This document shows positions 63,413 through 64,000 of a stretch of 64,000 nucleotides of DNA, piece after piece. Made by a program: the position numbers and the translations under genes. Source of the stretch: Marsupella aquatica (taxonomy: Eukaryota > Plantae > Marchantiophyta). Each line of letters begins with the position of its first letter. The stretch's first letter is position 1. The notes beneath the pieces are model-generated. The model saw only the letters and a program-made list of their open reading frames with translations. It was not told the origin of the DNA and did not search any database. Location of the stretch: positions 18,040,095 through 18,104,094 of the forward strand of contig OZ316891.1 in NCBI GenBank assembly GCA_973895155.1. Direction: 5' to 3'.

Positions 63413-64000
63413 CTCGATTACTGTAGCTGCTTTGATACATTGCTCTGATAGGATGTACATTAGTTTTCAGGATCAGTCAGCTGTGTTCTCCCACGGGGAA
63501 GCAGCAATTGAGCTTCTGAAGTCTAGAGTAGGAGTGATGGCAGAAAGACGTGTTCGCCTGATTGAGCCCACAATAAGCTTTATTCTCCCACCGGGAAGCA
63601 GCAATTTGAGCTTCTCAGGTATAGAGTAGGAATGATGACAGAAACCTGATTTACATACAATCTCAGGGACGATGGAGGTGGGCCTTTTGATGCCCAGTAC
63701 CAGGGACCCACTTGAATTGAGAGTAGGAATAGAACGATATCTGGACATCAATTCTGGAGCTTTGCAATGCTAGAATTGGGGCTCCATGAAGAATATAGGA
63801 CGCCGGAATTTGAAATTGTTTGAAAGTAAACTTTGAAATTCTTTGAACTCCATCATCTTCAAAATATGGAATGAAGGGCATCTGAATGGAGTGGTGGTCG
63901 AATGTCGGGAATCGGCATGACATGGCTTCTCTAGAGGCCATCTCTCACTCCGTTGCGTGAGAGGGAAGGAAAAGGGGCGCTCAATTTTGAGTGAGTACTA

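Overview
This is eukaryotic, seed-free land-plant-like DNA (probably a bryophyte or liverwort; inferred). About 57 kb is nested, mostly decayed transposons, followed by one intact host gene, CPSF73/CPSF3 (59613-63412, 5 exons). Three nests resolve with target-site duplications (TSDs). (1) A degenerate Mutator-like element (GCM/WRKY-like Zn domain, DDE, SWIM) carries arrays of a 23-bp palindrome and a decayed accessory gene resembling a bacterial beta-class N4C/N6A DNA methyltransferase. It is interrupted by a 4-kb solo LTR (TSD AACCT) that itself encodes proteins. (2) A 19.8-kb CACTA element (TSD AAC) carries an intronless SmE pseudogene and a nested 10.9-kb CACTA (TSD TCT). The nested element encodes a SET-domain gene whose first exon can also splice in frame to the transposase. 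(3) A DUF7869/Sola-like DDD transposase gene is split by a Ty3/Gypsy element (TSD ATATG). Its 3.8-kb 3' LTR holds a 532-aa ORF, and its truncated 5' LTR holds a near-full-length L1 LINE (12-bp TSD). The recurring theme is transposons carrying candidate chromatin/DNA-modifying or accessory genes. Family assignments come from motif recognition by eye; no database searches were run.
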